Shown here piece by piece: positions 1 through 10,225 of a stretch of DNA of 56,710 bases. Source of the DNA: an uncultured Selenomonas sp. Its GTDB lineage: Bacteria; Bacillota; Negativicutes; Selenomonadales; Selenomonadaceae. The translations under genes and the position numbers were made by a program. Where the stretch lies: NCBI GenBank assembly GCA_963552975.1, contig CAUVMF010000001.1:1-56710 (forward strand). The letters run 5' to 3'. Below the pieces are notes generated by a model. The model had not been told where the DNA came from. It did not search any database and saw nothing but the letters and a program-made list of their open reading frames with translations. Each line of letters opens with the position of its first letter. Position 1 is the stretch's first letter.

Positions 1-2612
1 TTGAGCGGAAATGGTATAGCTATTGGGAAGAACATAAACTCTTTCACGACGAGGCGGACGAAAGCCGCACGCCGTACAGTGTGGTGATCCCGCCGCCGAA
101 TGTGACGGGACAGCTCCACATGGGGCACGCGCTCGACGAAACGCTGCAGGATATCCTCGTGCGCTATCAGCGCATGCGCGGCAAGAACGTCGTCTGGGTG
201 CCGGGCTGCGACCATGCGGGCATTGCAACGCAGGCAAAGGTCGAGGAGAGCCTGCGCGCGGAGGGGACGAACCGCTTTGAACTCGGGCGCGAGAAGTTCC
301 TCGCACGCGTCTGGGACTGGAAGCAGCAGTACGGCGACCGCATCATGTATCAGCTGCGCATGCTCGGCGCCTCCTGCGACTGGGAGCGCGAGCGGTTCAC
401 GATGGATGAGGGCTGTTCGCGTGCCGTGCGCGAGGTGTTCGTCAGCCTCTATGAAGAGGGGCTGATCTATCAGGGCACGCGCATCACGAATTGGTGTCCG
501 AGCTGCTCGACGGCGATCTCGGATATCGAAGTCGAGCACGAGACGGAGGAGGGGCATCTCTGGCATCTGCGCTACCGGATCGAGGGTACGGATGACTATG
601 TGGAAATTGCAACGACGCGCCCCGAGACGATGTTCGGCGATACGGGTGTTGCAGTCCACCCCGACGACGAACGCTATCAGGCGCTCGTCGGCAAGATGCT
701 GATCCTGCCCGTGGTGGAGCGGCGCATTCCACTCTTTGCAGACGCGTACGTCGATCCCGCCTTTGGTACGGGCGCGGTCAAGGTGACGCCCGCGCACGAT
801 CCGAACGACTTCGAGATGGGACAGCGGCACAACCTCGAGCAGATTGTCGTCATCAATGCGGACGGCACAATGGGCGCGGGTGCGGGTAAGTACGCGGGGC
901 TTGACCGTTACGAATGTCGCAAGAGGCTCGTCAAGGAACTCGAGGAGATTGGCGCACTCGTTAGCACGGAAAAGCACGAGCACGCCGTCGGGCACTGCTC
1001 GCGCTGCAAGACGACGATTGAGCCACTCGTCTCGAAGCAGTGGTTCGTCCGCATGGAGGATCTTGCGAAACCCGCGATCGCAGCCGTGAAGGACGGGCGC
1101 GTGCGCTTTGTCCCCGAACGCTTTACGAAAATCTATGAAAACTGGCTTGAGAATATCCGTGACTGGTGCATCTCGCGCCAGCTCTGGTGGGGGCACCGCA
1201 TTCCCGCGTGGCACTGCGCGGACTGCGGCGAGACCTCTGTTTCGCGTGAGGATATTACGGCGTGCGCGCACTGCGGCAGCACGCACATTCATCAGGATGA
1301 GGACGTGCTCGATACGTGGTTCAGCTCTGCGCTCTGGCCGTTCGAGACGATGGGCTGGCCGGAGGACACGAAAGACCTGCGCCACTTCTACCCGACGGCG
1401 ACGCTCGTCACGGGCTACGACATCATTTTCTTCTGGGTCGCACGCATGGTCATGATGGGGCTGCGTTTCGGCGGCGATGTGCCGTTCCGCGATGTCTTCA
1501 TCCATGGACTTATGCGCGATAACGAGGGACGTAAGATGTCGAAGTCGCTCGGCAACGGCATCGACCCCGTGGAGGTCATCGAGAAGTACGGCGCGGATAC
1601 GCTGCGCTTTATGATCATTACGGGCAATACGCCGGGCAACGACATGCGTTTCTACTGGGAGCGTGTCGAGGCGGCGCGCAATTTTGCAAATAAGATCTGG
1701 AATGCATCGCGCTATATGCTGATGAACCTCGATGGCGCGGATGACGCCTTTGTCCCTACGGAGAGCGACTATACGCTCGCCGACCGCTGGATTCTCACAC
1801 GCTCTGCCGAGACGGTGCGTGCGGTGACGGCGAATCTTGAGAACTACGAACTTGGCGAGGCAGGACGCGCCATCTACGAGTTCCTGTGGAGCGAGTTCTG
1901 CGACTGGTACATCGAGCTGACGAAGGCGCGCCTCTACGACAAGGAGAATCTGCGTGCGAAGAATACGGCGCTCTACGTCCTGCGTACGGTTCTGGAGCGC
2001 ACAATGCGCCTCCTGCACCCCTTCATGCCCTTTCTCACGGAGGAGATCTGGCAGAAGCTGCCGCATGAGGGCGAGAGCATTATGCGCGCGCCGTGGCCCG
2101 CGGTTGGTGAAAACGACATCGACGTCGCGGCTGAGACGGAGATGACCGCGATTATGGAGGTCATCAAGGTGACGCGCAATCTGCGCGCGGAACTCGGTAC
2201 GCCCCCGGGCAAAAAGAGCGCGCTCATCCTGCGCGTGCGCGACGCATCGCTGGCGGATACGTTTGCCGCGCATGTGGACTATTTCCACGCGCTCGCCTCC
2301 GCATCCGAGGTTGCATTCCTCGCGGCGGATGCACCCGATCCCGAGAACGTCGTGACGGGGGCGCTTGCAGGAGCTGCGGTCTACCTTCCGCTCGCGGGGC
2401 TCATTGACGTGGATAAGGAGACCGCGCGCCTGACGAAGGAGCGCGACAATCTCGAAAAGGAGATTGCGCGGCTCACGGGCAAGCTCTCAAACGAGGGCTT
2501 TACCTCGAAGGCACCTGCCGCCGTCGTGGCGGCGGAACGTGAGAAGCTGGCGGGGTATGAGGAGAAGGTCGCCCTCATAAGGACGCGTCTTGCGGATCTC
2601 GCGAAACTCTGA
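1..2612 (+). CDS. valS: Valyl-tRNA synthetase (5' end lies outside the window)
   Basis: PPPNVTG-LHMGH (HIGH) motif, DWCISRQLWWGHRIP, KMSKS and a C-terminal coiled coil. The frame is open back to position 3 (ERKWYSYWEEHKLF...). Confidence 0.98.
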   Translation, partial: ERKWYSYWEEHKLFHDEADESRTPYSVVIPPPNVTGQLHMGHALDETLQDILVRYQRMRGKNVVWVPGCDHAGIATQAKVEESLRAEGTNRFELGREKFLARVWDWKQQYGDRIMYQLRMLGASCDWERERFTMDEGCSRAVREVFVSLYEEGLIYQGTRITNWCPSCSTAISDIEVEHETEEGHLWHLRYRIEGTDDYVEIATTRPETMFGDTGVAVHPDDERYQALVGKMLILPVVERRIPLFADAYVDPAFGTGAVKVTPAHDPNDFEMGQRHNLEQIVVINADGTMGAGAGKYAGLDRYECRKRLVKELEEIGALVSTEKHEHAVGHCSRCKTTIEPLVSKQWFVRMEDLAKPAIAAVKDGRVRFVPERFTKIYENWLENIRDWCISRQLWWGHRIPAWHCADCGETSVSREDITACAHCGSTHIHQDEDVLDTWFSSALWPFETMGWPEDTKDLRHFYPTATLVTGYDIIFFWVARMVMMGLRFGGDVPFRDVFIHGLMRDNEGRKMSKSLGNGIDPVEVIEKYGADTLRFMIITGNTPGNDMRFYWERVEAARNFANKIWNASRYMLMNLDGADDAFVPTESDYTLADRWILTRSAETVRAVTANLENYELGEAGRAIYEFLWSEFCDWYIELTKARLYDKENLRAKNTALYVLRTVLERTMRLLHPFMPFLTEEIWQKLPHEGESIMRAPWPAVGENDIDVAAETEMTAIMEVIKVTRNLRAELGTPPGKKSALILRVRDASLADTFAAHVDYFHALASASEVAFLAADAPDPENVVTGALAGAAVYLPLAGLIDVDKETARLTKERDNLEKEIARLTGKLSNEGFTSKAPAAVVAAEREKLAGYEEKVALIRTRLADLAKL

Positions 2613-2621
2613 GGTGCGCCG

Positions 2622-3923
2622 ATGAACTACGCGGAGTCGCTTCACTATCTTGAGGAACTGAATACGTTTGGCATTCGCCTGGGGCTTACGCGCATGGAGG
2701 AACTCTGCGCGCGTCTGGGGAATCCCGAGCGGTGCTATGCAGTCATCCATATTGCGGGGACGAACGGGAAGGGCTCCGTCACGCAGATGATGGATGCCGT
2801 CTTCCATGCGGCGGGCATCCGCTCGGGGCGCTATCTCTCGCCGCATCTCATCTCCTACACGGAGCGCATGAGCGTGGATGGGCACGACATTCCCGAGGAG
2901 CGCTTTGCCGCGCTCCTCACGCGCGTGCGTGCGGCGGCGGATGAGATGGTCGAGGCGGGGCATGAGCATCCGACCCAGTTCGAGGCACTGACGGCGCTTG
3001 CCTTCCTCTATTTTGCAGAGGAGGAGGTCGAAATCGCCGTCGTAGAGACGGGGCTCGGCGGACTCCTCGACTCGACGAATGTTGTCGAGCCGATCCTTAC
3101 GATCATCACGAATGTGGCGATGGATCACGCCGACCGCTGCGGCGGGACACTTGCGGGCATTGCAGAGCACAAGGCGGGCATCATCAAGGAGGGCGTACCC
3201 GTCATCACGGCGGCGACGGGGGAGCCGCTTGAGATCATCGAGCGGCGTGCCGAGGAACTGGGCGCGGATGTTTTTGTCTGCGGCGAGGACTTTTCAAGCC
3301 AGCTCTTCTTTCCAAACGGCGGCGGACAGCGCGTCGCTTTTCACTCCGTTGTCTGCCGCGAGCCGGAGCCGTTCGAGCTCGCCCTTGCGGGCGTCTATCA
3401 GGCGGAGAACGCGGCACTCGTCATCATGGCGGCAAAGCTGCTTGAGCGCGAGGATGCGCGTGTCACCGAGCACGCGATCCGCGTGGCACTGCGCACGGTG
3501 CGCCACCCCGCGCGCTTTGAGATCCTCTCGTACGAGGGGCTGCCCGTTGTCGTCGACGGCGCACACAATCCTGCGGGCATGCGGGCGCTGCGTGCGGGTC
3601 TCGATGCGTATTTCCCCGACCTGCCGCGCGTTTTTCTGCTCGGCATCCTAAAGGATAAGGACATCGACACGATGCTCGCCGTGCTTCTGCGTCCCGGCGA
3701 TCAGGTCGTCACCGTACGTCCAAACTCGGAGCGCGCGGCTGGGGCGGATGTCGTTGCCGCCATCGCGGCGGGGATGGGGCTCGACACCCACGCGTGCGGC
3801 GACGTGCGGACGGCACTTGCCGAGGCAGAGTCCCGCGCCCGTGCAGGAAATGCCCTGCTCGTCGCCGCAGGCTCCCTCTATCTCGTGGGCGGCATTCGCA
3901 CATTGCTCATGGCAGGGAGGTGA
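2622..3923 (+). CDS. folC: Folylpolyglutamate synthase/dihydrofolate synthase
   Basis: HIAGTNGKGS P-loop, ETGLGGLLDSTN, DGAHNP and GSLYLVG motifs; usual position after valS. Confidence 0.96.
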   Translation: MNYAESLHYLEELNTFGIRLGLTRMEELCARLGNPERCYAVIHIAGTNGKGSVTQMMDAVFHAAGIRSGRYLSPHLISYTERMSVDGHDIPEERFAALLTRVRAAADEMVEAGHEHPTQFEALTALAFLYFAEEEVEIAVVETGLGGLLDSTNVVEPILTIITNVAMDHADRCGGTLAGIAEHKAGIIKEGVPVITAATGEPLEIIERRAEELGADVFVCGEDFSSQLFFPNGGGQRVAFHSVVCREPEPFELALAGVYQAENAALVIMAAKLLEREDARVTEHAIRVALRTVRHPARFEILSYEGLPVVVDGAHNPAGMRALRAGLDAYFPDLPRVFLLGILKDKDIDTMLAVLLRPGDQVVTVRPNSERAAGADVVAAIAAGMGLDTHACGDVRTALAEAESRARAGNALLVAAGSLYLVGGIRTLLMAGR

Positions 3924-3928
3924 GGCAT

Positions 3929-5272
3929 ATGGCAGAGGATATTCAGGAGCGGCGGCGTGCGCGGCGCAAAAAACGCCGGGGGGCACGTCTGGGTCGCTGC
4001 ATGATGTACGCTGTCGTCGCCGAGGCGTTTCTCATCCCCCTTTTTCCGCTTGCGGCGATGGTTGTGCTGCTCATCGGCTGCGGTGCGATGCTCCTGCGGT
4101 TGCGGATCGATCGGAACTTTCATCTGCGTCGTCTGCCGTATGATGCGCCGGCGCTGCTCTTTGTCATCATCGGGCTTTTGTCCGTGGCCGTAGCACCGGA
4201 CAAGGCGTTCAGTTTTTACAATTTCTACCATCTTGTGCCGATCTATGCACTCACCTATCTGCTCGTTGGGCAGACCCTGCGCACGCCGCACGAACTGCGA
4301 CGCGTCGTCGCTGCAATGGCGGCAGCGGCAGCTTTCGTCATCCTCTACGGATTCTATCAGTTCATCTTCGGCATTGATATATCGACGATGAAATGGGTGG
4401 ACGGTGAAGCTTTTCCAGAGCTATCAAAGCGTGTCTTCTCGACGTGGGAGAATCCGAATATCCTCGCGGGCTATCTCGACATCGTTGCCTGTATCGCGGT
4501 GGGGCTTGCAACTGCGCTTACGCGCGGCTGGCGTATCTTGGCCGTTATCGTGCTCGCCGCCGCGCTGCTGTGCCTCGGTATGACCTATGCGCGCGGCGCA
4601 TGCCTTGTCATCGCCCTCGTACTTGCGGGCTACGGCGCGCTGCGCGACTGTCGCGTTCTCCTCGGGATCGTCGTCGTCGGTGCGGGAGCGCTCCTCGTTG
4701 ATCCCGTGCTCACGGATCGACTCCTCTCTGTCTTTACGCGCATCGACACCTCCTCAGAGATGCGGCTTGCATTCTGGGAGAGCACGATTGCCATGGTGAT
4801 GGATCATCCCATCCTCGGGATTGGGTGGGGGATGTACTTCATGGTCTATCCCGAGTACGATTTCTACTTGCAGGGGGCGCCCGTGCAGATCGTGCATGCA
4901 CACAATATGTATTTGAACTACGCTGCCGAGATCGGCATCCCGGGAGCACTCGCGTTCCTCTGGTTTTTCTTCGGCTCGCTCCTGCTCGCGTTTCGTCTGC
5001 CGCAGAAAGTGCCGGCGTGGGAGACGGTGCTTGCCGCACATGAACACGAGTGGAAAACCGTTGCCGATGTGCGTGCGGCACTCGCACGCTGGCGCAGGCA
5101 TCGCTTCGTCGAGGGGCTTTTGCTCGGGCTTGGGCTCGCGTTTATTTCCGTTGCGTTCAACGGCATCACGGATCATCTGCTCTTTAACATACCGTCTTCT
5201 ATGCTGCTCTGGATGCTCGCTGCCATGACGGCGTCGGCGCATGCGATTGCGGGGGAGATGAAGGAAGGCTGA
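3929..5272 (+). CDS. O-antigen ligase (WaaL/Wzy_C)-like polytopic membrane protein
   Basis: Many hydrophobic helices with RVFSTWENPN, TYARGA, SSEMRLAFW, HPILGIGWG and HAHNMYL motifs. Start moved to ATG 3929 (RBS GGAGG/GAGG upstream). Confidence 0.85.
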   Translation: MAEDIQERRRARRKKRRGARLGRCMMYAVVAEAFLIPLFPLAAMVVLLIGCGAMLLRLRIDRNFHLRRLPYDAPALLFVIIGLLSVAVAPDKAFSFYNFYHLVPIYALTYLLVGQTLRTPHELRRVVAAMAAAAAFVILYGFYQFIFGIDISTMKWVDGEAFPELSKRVFSTWENPNILAGYLDIVACIAVGLATALTRGWRILAVIVLAAALLCLGMTYARGACLVIALVLAGYGALRDCRVLLGIVVVGAGALLVDPVLTDRLLSVFTRIDTSSEMRLAFWESTIAMVMDHPILGIGWGMYFMVYPEYDFYLQGAPVQIVHAHNMYLNYAAEIGIPGALAFLWFFFGSLLLAFRLPQKVPAWETVLAAHEHEWKTVADVRAALARWRRHRFVEGLLLGLGLAFISVAFNGITDHLLFNIPSSMLLWMLAAMTASAHAIAGEMKEG

Positions 5273-5274
5273 TT

Positions 5275-5946
5275 ATGCAGGAACATCTATTGATATCGAA
5301 GGCGACAGTTGACCGTCTGCCGCGCTACTATCGCTGCCTGCGGCAGTTGACGGACGAGGGCGTGGAGATCGCCTCCTCAGAGGAACTCGGCCGCCGCCTT
5401 GCCATCAACCCCGAACAGATTCGGAAGGATTTGGCGTTCTTCGGACAGTTCGGCAAGAAGGGCGTGGGCTACTATGTCGCGGAGCTCAAGGCGAGCATCG
5501 GTACGATTTTGGGACTCGACCATCATTGGAATGTCGCAATCGTCGGCATGGGACACCTCGGTGCCGCACTTGCAAACTATCAGGGAATTGCGCGTCTCGG
5601 CTTCCGACTTGCCGCGATTTTTGACGCGAATCCGATCGTGATCGGCACGCGCGTCGGCGAGCGGCGTGTTGAGGACATCGCCTACCTCGCGGAGATCATC
5701 GCCGAGCGTGACATTCAGATCGGCGTCATCGCCGTGCCTGCTGCGGCAGCGCAGGGAGTTGCCGATCAGCTCGTTGCGGCGGGGGTTCGCGGGATCTGGA
5801 ACTTCGCGCCCGTGAAGCTGAGAGTACCGCCGAACATCCCGTTTGTCAGCGAAGATCTGTCCGTCGGACTCAGTGCACTCTCGTATTATCTGACGCATAC
5901 GAGCGCAGAGGGCGAGGAGTTATCAGACAAAAATTCAAGTAATTAA
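5275..5946 (+). CDS. rex: Redox-sensing transcriptional repressor Rex
   Basis: RLPRYYR, QIRKDL-FGQFGKKGVGY winged helix, GMGHLG Rossmann motif, GIWNFAP. Confidence 0.96.
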   Translation: MQEHLLISKATVDRLPRYYRCLRQLTDEGVEIASSEELGRRLAINPEQIRKDLAFFGQFGKKGVGYYVAELKASIGTILGLDHHWNVAIVGMGHLGAALANYQGIARLGFRLAAIFDANPIVIGTRVGERRVEDIAYLAEIIAERDIQIGVIAVPAAAAQGVADQLVAAGVRGIWNFAPVKLRVPPNIPFVSEDLSVGLSALSYYLTHTSAEGEELSDKNSSN

Positions 5947-5978
5947 CGCCTGTTCGCCCTTTTTTTCACAAATCACAG

Positions 5979-6016
5979 AAAATGCCGTCAATGTAATCTT
6001 GACGGCATTTTTTTTT
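5979..6016 (+). terminator. Intrinsic terminator after rex
   Basis: AAAATGCCGTCAA-loop-TTGACGGCATTTT followed by a T-run. Confidence 0.8.
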
Positions 6017-6027
6017 CGTGATATTCT
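5999..6027 (+). promoter_or_regulatory. Putative sigma70 promoter of the propionate operon, overlapping the rex terminator
   Basis: TTGACG-17 nt-TATTCT with an extended -10 TG. Confidence 0.5.
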
Positions 6028-6213
6028 ATGGAAAGATATAATTGACTTATGCAGCTACGATAACTTGCAGTTATTCTAAACATTCCTACGATGAATAATC
6101 CACAAGATGAAACAAGATGTTTTGAATTTCTGCAAGTTGTTTCCTGCGTGAGTCATAGGAGCAATGGACGACGGCGGCGCTTGCTGTCCGGCGTATCAGA
6201 GGGAGGTTTTTCT

Positions 6214-7710
6214 ATGATCGATATTTCCGATCGAATACCAAAGTCTTTGGCTGACAAGGTCGTCAGTGCGGAGACGGCGGCAGAGTACTTTGCCGACGGC
6301 ATGACCATCGGTACAAGCGGCTTTACGCCGTCCGGCTATCCGAAGGCGGTTACGCTTGCCATCGCCGAGCGCATGAAGAAGAATCCGTTCAAGGTGAATA
6401 TCTGGACGGGTGCCTCGACAGGTCCCGAGTTGGACGGTGCTCTGGCTGAAGCGGGCGGCATCAAGCAGCGTCTGCCCTATCAGACGAACACGCCGCTGCG
6501 CAATGCGATCAACTCCGGACTCGTGAACTACATCGATATGCACCTTTCCGAGGTGGCGCAGCAGTCGCGCGAGGGTTTCCTCGGCAAGATCGACGTCGCA
6601 CTCGTCGAAGCCGTTGCCATCACCGAGGAGGGTATCATCCCCTCGACCTCGGTCGGCAATACGCCGTCGTTCCTCCAGAGTGCGGACGTGGTCATCGTCG
6701 AGGTGAACACGAGCCAGCCGATGGAGCTCGTCGGCATGCATGACATCTACATCCCCCTCGATCCGCCGAACCGTCTGCCCATTCCCATCACGAAGGCGGG
6801 CGATCGCATCGGCACGACGTTCATGCCCTGTCCGCTCGAGAAGATCAAGTACATCGTCCCCTGTGACATCACGGACAAGACGCGTCCGCTCGCTCCGCTC
6901 GATGATGCGGCGCGCAAGATGGGCGCATTCACGGTCGAACTCCTCAAGAAGGAGATCGCCGCAGGGCGCATGCCGAAGGGACTCCTTCCACTCCAATCGG
7001 GCGTCGGCAATGTTGCAAATGCGGTTATCGCAGGCTTTGTGAACTCCGACTTCACGGATCTCGAGGTCTACACTGAGGTCATTCAGGACGGTATGTTCGA
7101 CCTTGCGGATGCGGGCAAGCTGAAGTTTGCGTCGGGCACGGCGTTCTCGCCCTCGCCGGAGGGGCTCCAGCGCTTCTACAAGGACATCGACAAGTATAAG
7201 AAGATCATGATGCTCCGTCCACAGGAGATCTCGAACAACCCCGAGGTTGTCCGCCGCATCGGCGTCATTGCGATGAACACGGCGATCGAGGTCGACATCT
7301 ATGGCAACGTCAACTCCACGCACGTCACGGGCACGAAGATGATGAACGGCATCGGCGGCAGCGGCGACTTTGCACGCAACGCCTACCTCACGATCTTCTA
7401 CACGCAGTCCGAGGCAAAGGGAGGCAAGATCTCGTCCATCGTTCCGTTCTGCTCGCACGTCGACCACGGCGCGCATGATGTCGACATCGTCATCACAGAG
7501 CAGGGCGTTGCGGATCTGCGCGGCAAATCCCCGCGTGAGCGTGCGCTTGAGATCATCAACAACTGCGCGCATCCGGACTTCCGTCCGATCCTGCTCGACT
7601 ACTACGAGCGTGCACTTGCAGCGACCAAGGGCGCACAGACGCCGCACCTGCTCGATGAGGCGCTTTCCTTCCATCAGCGCTTCCTCGCAACGGGGTCGAT
7701 GCAAAAATAA
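6214..7710 (+). CDS. scpC: Acetyl-CoA hydrolase/transferase family, probable propionyl-CoA:succinate CoA transferase
   Basis: SGFTPSGYPK, LQSGVGNVANAV, YTEVIQD, MMNGIGGSGDF; upstream of the mutase genes; RBS GGAGG before ATG 6214. Confidence 0.85.
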   Translation: MIDISDRIPKSLADKVVSAETAAEYFADGMTIGTSGFTPSGYPKAVTLAIAERMKKNPFKVNIWTGASTGPELDGALAEAGGIKQRLPYQTNTPLRNAINSGLVNYIDMHLSEVAQQSREGFLGKIDVALVEAVAITEEGIIPSTSVGNTPSFLQSADVVIVEVNTSQPMELVGMHDIYIPLDPPNRLPIPITKAGDRIGTTFMPCPLEKIKYIVPCDITDKTRPLAPLDDAARKMGAFTVELLKKEIAAGRMPKGLLPLQSGVGNVANAVIAGFVNSDFTDLEVYTEVIQDGMFDLADAGKLKFASGTAFSPSPEGLQRFYKDIDKYKKIMMLRPQEISNNPEVVRRIGVIAMNTAIEVDIYGNVNSTHVTGTKMMNGIGGSGDFARNAYLTIFYTQSEAKGGKISSIVPFCSHVDHGAHDVDIVITEQGVADLRGKSPRERALEIINNCAHPDFRPILLDYYERALAATKGAQTPHLLDEALSFHQRFLATGSMQK

Positions 7711-7743
7711 TCAATTAGATAAAAAGGGCAAAAAGCCCTTTAG

Positions 7744-7901
7744 GGAATCGCTGATAAAATAGACCTGCAGATTGGCGTAGATTTTTTCGTCCGATTGAGG
7801 CAGCAAACCCAACGCTATCAAAGCTATGTGGAGGTTTTGCGGGCGAAAAGCGGGCAAAAAAGATGCGCTAAGATGGCGCGGCTGAATTTATCAGTGCTTC
7901 C
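7744..7901 (+). mobile_element. MITE-like repeat, copy 1 (158 bp, TSD TTAG)
   Basis: Ends GGAATCGCTGATAAA ... TTTATCAGTGCTTCC; TTAG at 7740-7743 and 7902-7905; homologous to three other copies in the window. Confidence 0.9.
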
Positions 7902-7999
7902 TTAGCTCCATAACCCAACAATAAGAACTGTAAAAGATAGGAAGCGTAGACAGGGCAAAGGCTGTGTCTGTGCTTCCGAAAGAAAAGGAGAATACGTTC

Positions 8000-9646
8000 A
8001 TGAGCAATGAAACAATCCAGGCGGGGCTTGACAAGTACAATGCTACCGTAGAAAAGGCAACGGCGAAGTTCCCGGCGCGCCCGCACATCCCCGAGCAGGG
8101 TCTCTACACCCCGCTCGACATCAAGGACACGGACTACGCAGAGGACATCGGCTTCCCCGGCGTCTATCCCTATACCCGCGGCGTGCAGCCGACGATGTAT
8201 CGCGGCCGCTTCTGGACGATGCGTATGTACGCAGGATTCTCCACGGCGGAGGAGTCCAACAAGCGTTACCGCTACCTCATCGAGAGCGGCGCAACGGGAC
8301 TTTCGTGCGCGTTCGACCTCCCGACGCAGATCGGCTACGACTCTACGGATGCCATCGCAGAGGGCGAGGTAGGCAAGGTTGGCGTTGCGATCGACTCGCT
8401 CGCCGACATGGAGATCCTCTTCGACCAGATCGACCTCGGTAAGGTCTCCACGTCCATGACGATCAACGCTCCGGCGTCCGTCCTCCTCGCGATGTACATC
8501 GCGGTGGCGGAGAAGCAGGGCGTCTCGGCGGACAAGCTCAAGGGCACGATCCAGAACGACATTCTGAAGGAGTATGCGGCACGCGGCACTTACATTTTCC
8601 CGCCGCGCCCGTCCATGCGCCTGATCACGAACATTTTTGAATATTGCTCCAAGAACGTCCCGAACTGGAACACGATTTCCATCTCGGGCTACCACATCCG
8701 CGAGGCCGGCTCCACGGCATCGCAGGAGATTGCATTCACCATTGCGGACGGCATCGCCTACGTCGAGGCAGCCATCAAGGCAGGCCTTGGCGTCGACGAT
8801 TTCGCAGGACGCCTCTCCTTCTTCTGGAACGCACACAACAACGTTCTCGAGGAGGTTGCGAAGTTCCGCGCGTCCCGTCGCATCTGGGCAAAGGTCATGA
8901 AGGAACGCTTCAAGGCGGAAAAGCCGAAGTCCATGATGCTCCGCGTTCACACACAGACGGCAGGCTCCATGCTCACCGCACAGCAGCCGAACAACAACAT
9001 CGTCCGCGTTGCACTCCAGACCGCAGCAGCGGTGATGGGCGGCACGCAGTCGCTCCATACGAACTCCCGCGACGAGGCGCTTGCGCTTCCGACCGAGGAC
9101 TCGGTCATGGTCGCCCTCCGCACGCAGCAGATCGTTGCGTACGAGAGCGGTCTTGCCGATGTCATTGACCCGCTCGCAGGCTCCTACTACGTCGAGGCGA
9201 TGACGAACCGCATCGAGGCAGAGGCTTGGGAGTACATCAAGAAGATTGACGATCTCGGCGGCGCCGTTGCGGCGATCGAGAAGGGCTACATCCAGAAGGA
9301 GATTCAGGACAGCGCCTACAAGTGGCAGATGGACGTCGAGTCCGGTGCCCGCGTCATCGTCGGTGTCAACAAGTTCCAAGTGGAGGAAGAGGCGCCGAAG
9401 AACCTGCTCCGCGTCGACGCATCCGTCGGCGAGAAGCAGAAGGCAAAGGTCGAGGCGATGAAGGCAAAGCGCGACAACGCGGCTGTTCAGGCGGCTCTGG
9501 CCGACCTCAAGAAGGCTTGCTCGGATGAGAACGAAAACCTCATGCCGCACATCCTTGCAGCGGTCAAGACCTATGCAACGCTCGGCGAGATCTGCGGCGT
9601 CATGCGCGAGGTCTTCGGTGAGTACGAGGCGCACGTCAACCTGTAA
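8000..9646 (+). CDS. Methylmalonyl-CoA mutase, large (substrate-binding) subunit
   Basis: [76 protein letters not shown] before ATG 8000. Confidence 0.96.
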   Translation: MSNETIQAGLDKYNATVEKATAKFPARPHIPEQGLYTPLDIKDTDYAEDIGFPGVYPYTRGVQPTMYRGRFWTMRMYAGFSTAEESNKRYRYLIESGATGLSCAFDLPTQIGYDSTDAIAEGEVGKVGVAIDSLADMEILFDQIDLGKVSTSMTINAPASVLLAMYIAVAEKQGVSADKLKGTIQNDILKEYAARGTYIFPPRPSMRLITNIFEYCSKNVPNWNTISISGYHIREAGSTASQEIAFTIADGIAYVEAAIKAGLGVDDFAGRLSFFWNAHNNVLEEVAKFRASRRIWAKVMKERFKAEKPKSMMLRVHTQTAGSMLTAQQPNNNIVRVALQTAAAVMGGTQSLHTNSRDEALALPTEDSVMVALRTQQIVAYESGLADVIDPLAGSYYVEAMTNRIEAEAWEYIKKIDDLGGAVAAIEKGYIQKEIQDSAYKWQMDVESGARVIVGVNKFQVEEEAPKNLLRVDASVGEKQKAKVEAMKAKRDNAAVQAALADLKKACSDENENLMPHILAAVKTYATLGEICGVMREVFGEYEAHVNL

Positions 9647-9735
9647 AAAATTGTGTGAAGGCAAGTCTTAAGTGAATGCAAGTGGGGGCGTGCCGCAGCG
9701 TAAACTGCGGCAGTCCCGTTCAGGAGGAATATAAA

Positions 9736-10128
9736 ATGGCAGAGAAAATCAGAGTGCTCGTTGCAAAGCCGGGTCTGGATGGTCATGACCGCGGCGCGAA
9801 GGTTGTCGCCCGTGCGCTGCGTGATGCAGGATTCGAGGTCGTCTACACGGGCCTTCGTCAGACCCCCGAGGAGATTGCCGAGGCGGCTCTGCAGGAGGAC
9901 GTGAACGTCGTTGCGATGAGCATTCTCTCGGGTGCGCATCCGCATCTCTTCCCGAAGGTTGTGAATCTCCTGCGCGAGAAGGGCATGGACGACGTGCTCG
10001 TCATCGGCGGCGGCGTCATCCCCGAGGGCGACATCCCCGCACTCAAGGATGCGGGCGTTGCCGCAGTCTTTACCCCCGGCACACCGACCGGCGAAGTGGT
10101 TGACTTCATCAAGGAGCATGTGGCGTAA
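9736..10128 (+). CDS. Methylmalonyl-CoA mutase, cobalamin-binding subunit
   Basis: [12 protein letters not shown] (DxHxxG) B12-binding motif and GGGVIP. Confidence 0.95.
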   Translation: MAEKIRVLVAKPGLDGHDRGAKVVARALRDAGFEVVYTGLRQTPEEIAEAALQEDVNVVAMSILSGAHPHLFPKVVNLLREKGMDDVLVIGGGVIPEGDIPALKDAGVAAVFTPGTPTGEVVDFIKEHVA

Positions 10129-10225
10129 GAACCCACACTGAAAGGATGGATGACAGGCAAACGTATTTCGTCTGTCATCCATTCCCATGTTTCCTATGGA
10201 GCGACTGCGCGAAGGAGGTGGGCGC

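Noticed and set aside
5947..6213. Rex operator upstream of the propionate operon
   Set aside because: Only half-sites (TTCACAA, TCCACAA) are present; no properly spaced TTGTGAA-N4-TTCACAA palindrome.
6030..7999. Cobalamin riboswitch ahead of the B12-dependent mutase
   Set aside because: No B12-box or GCCACTG/GGGAAG core is recognisable in either intergenic region.
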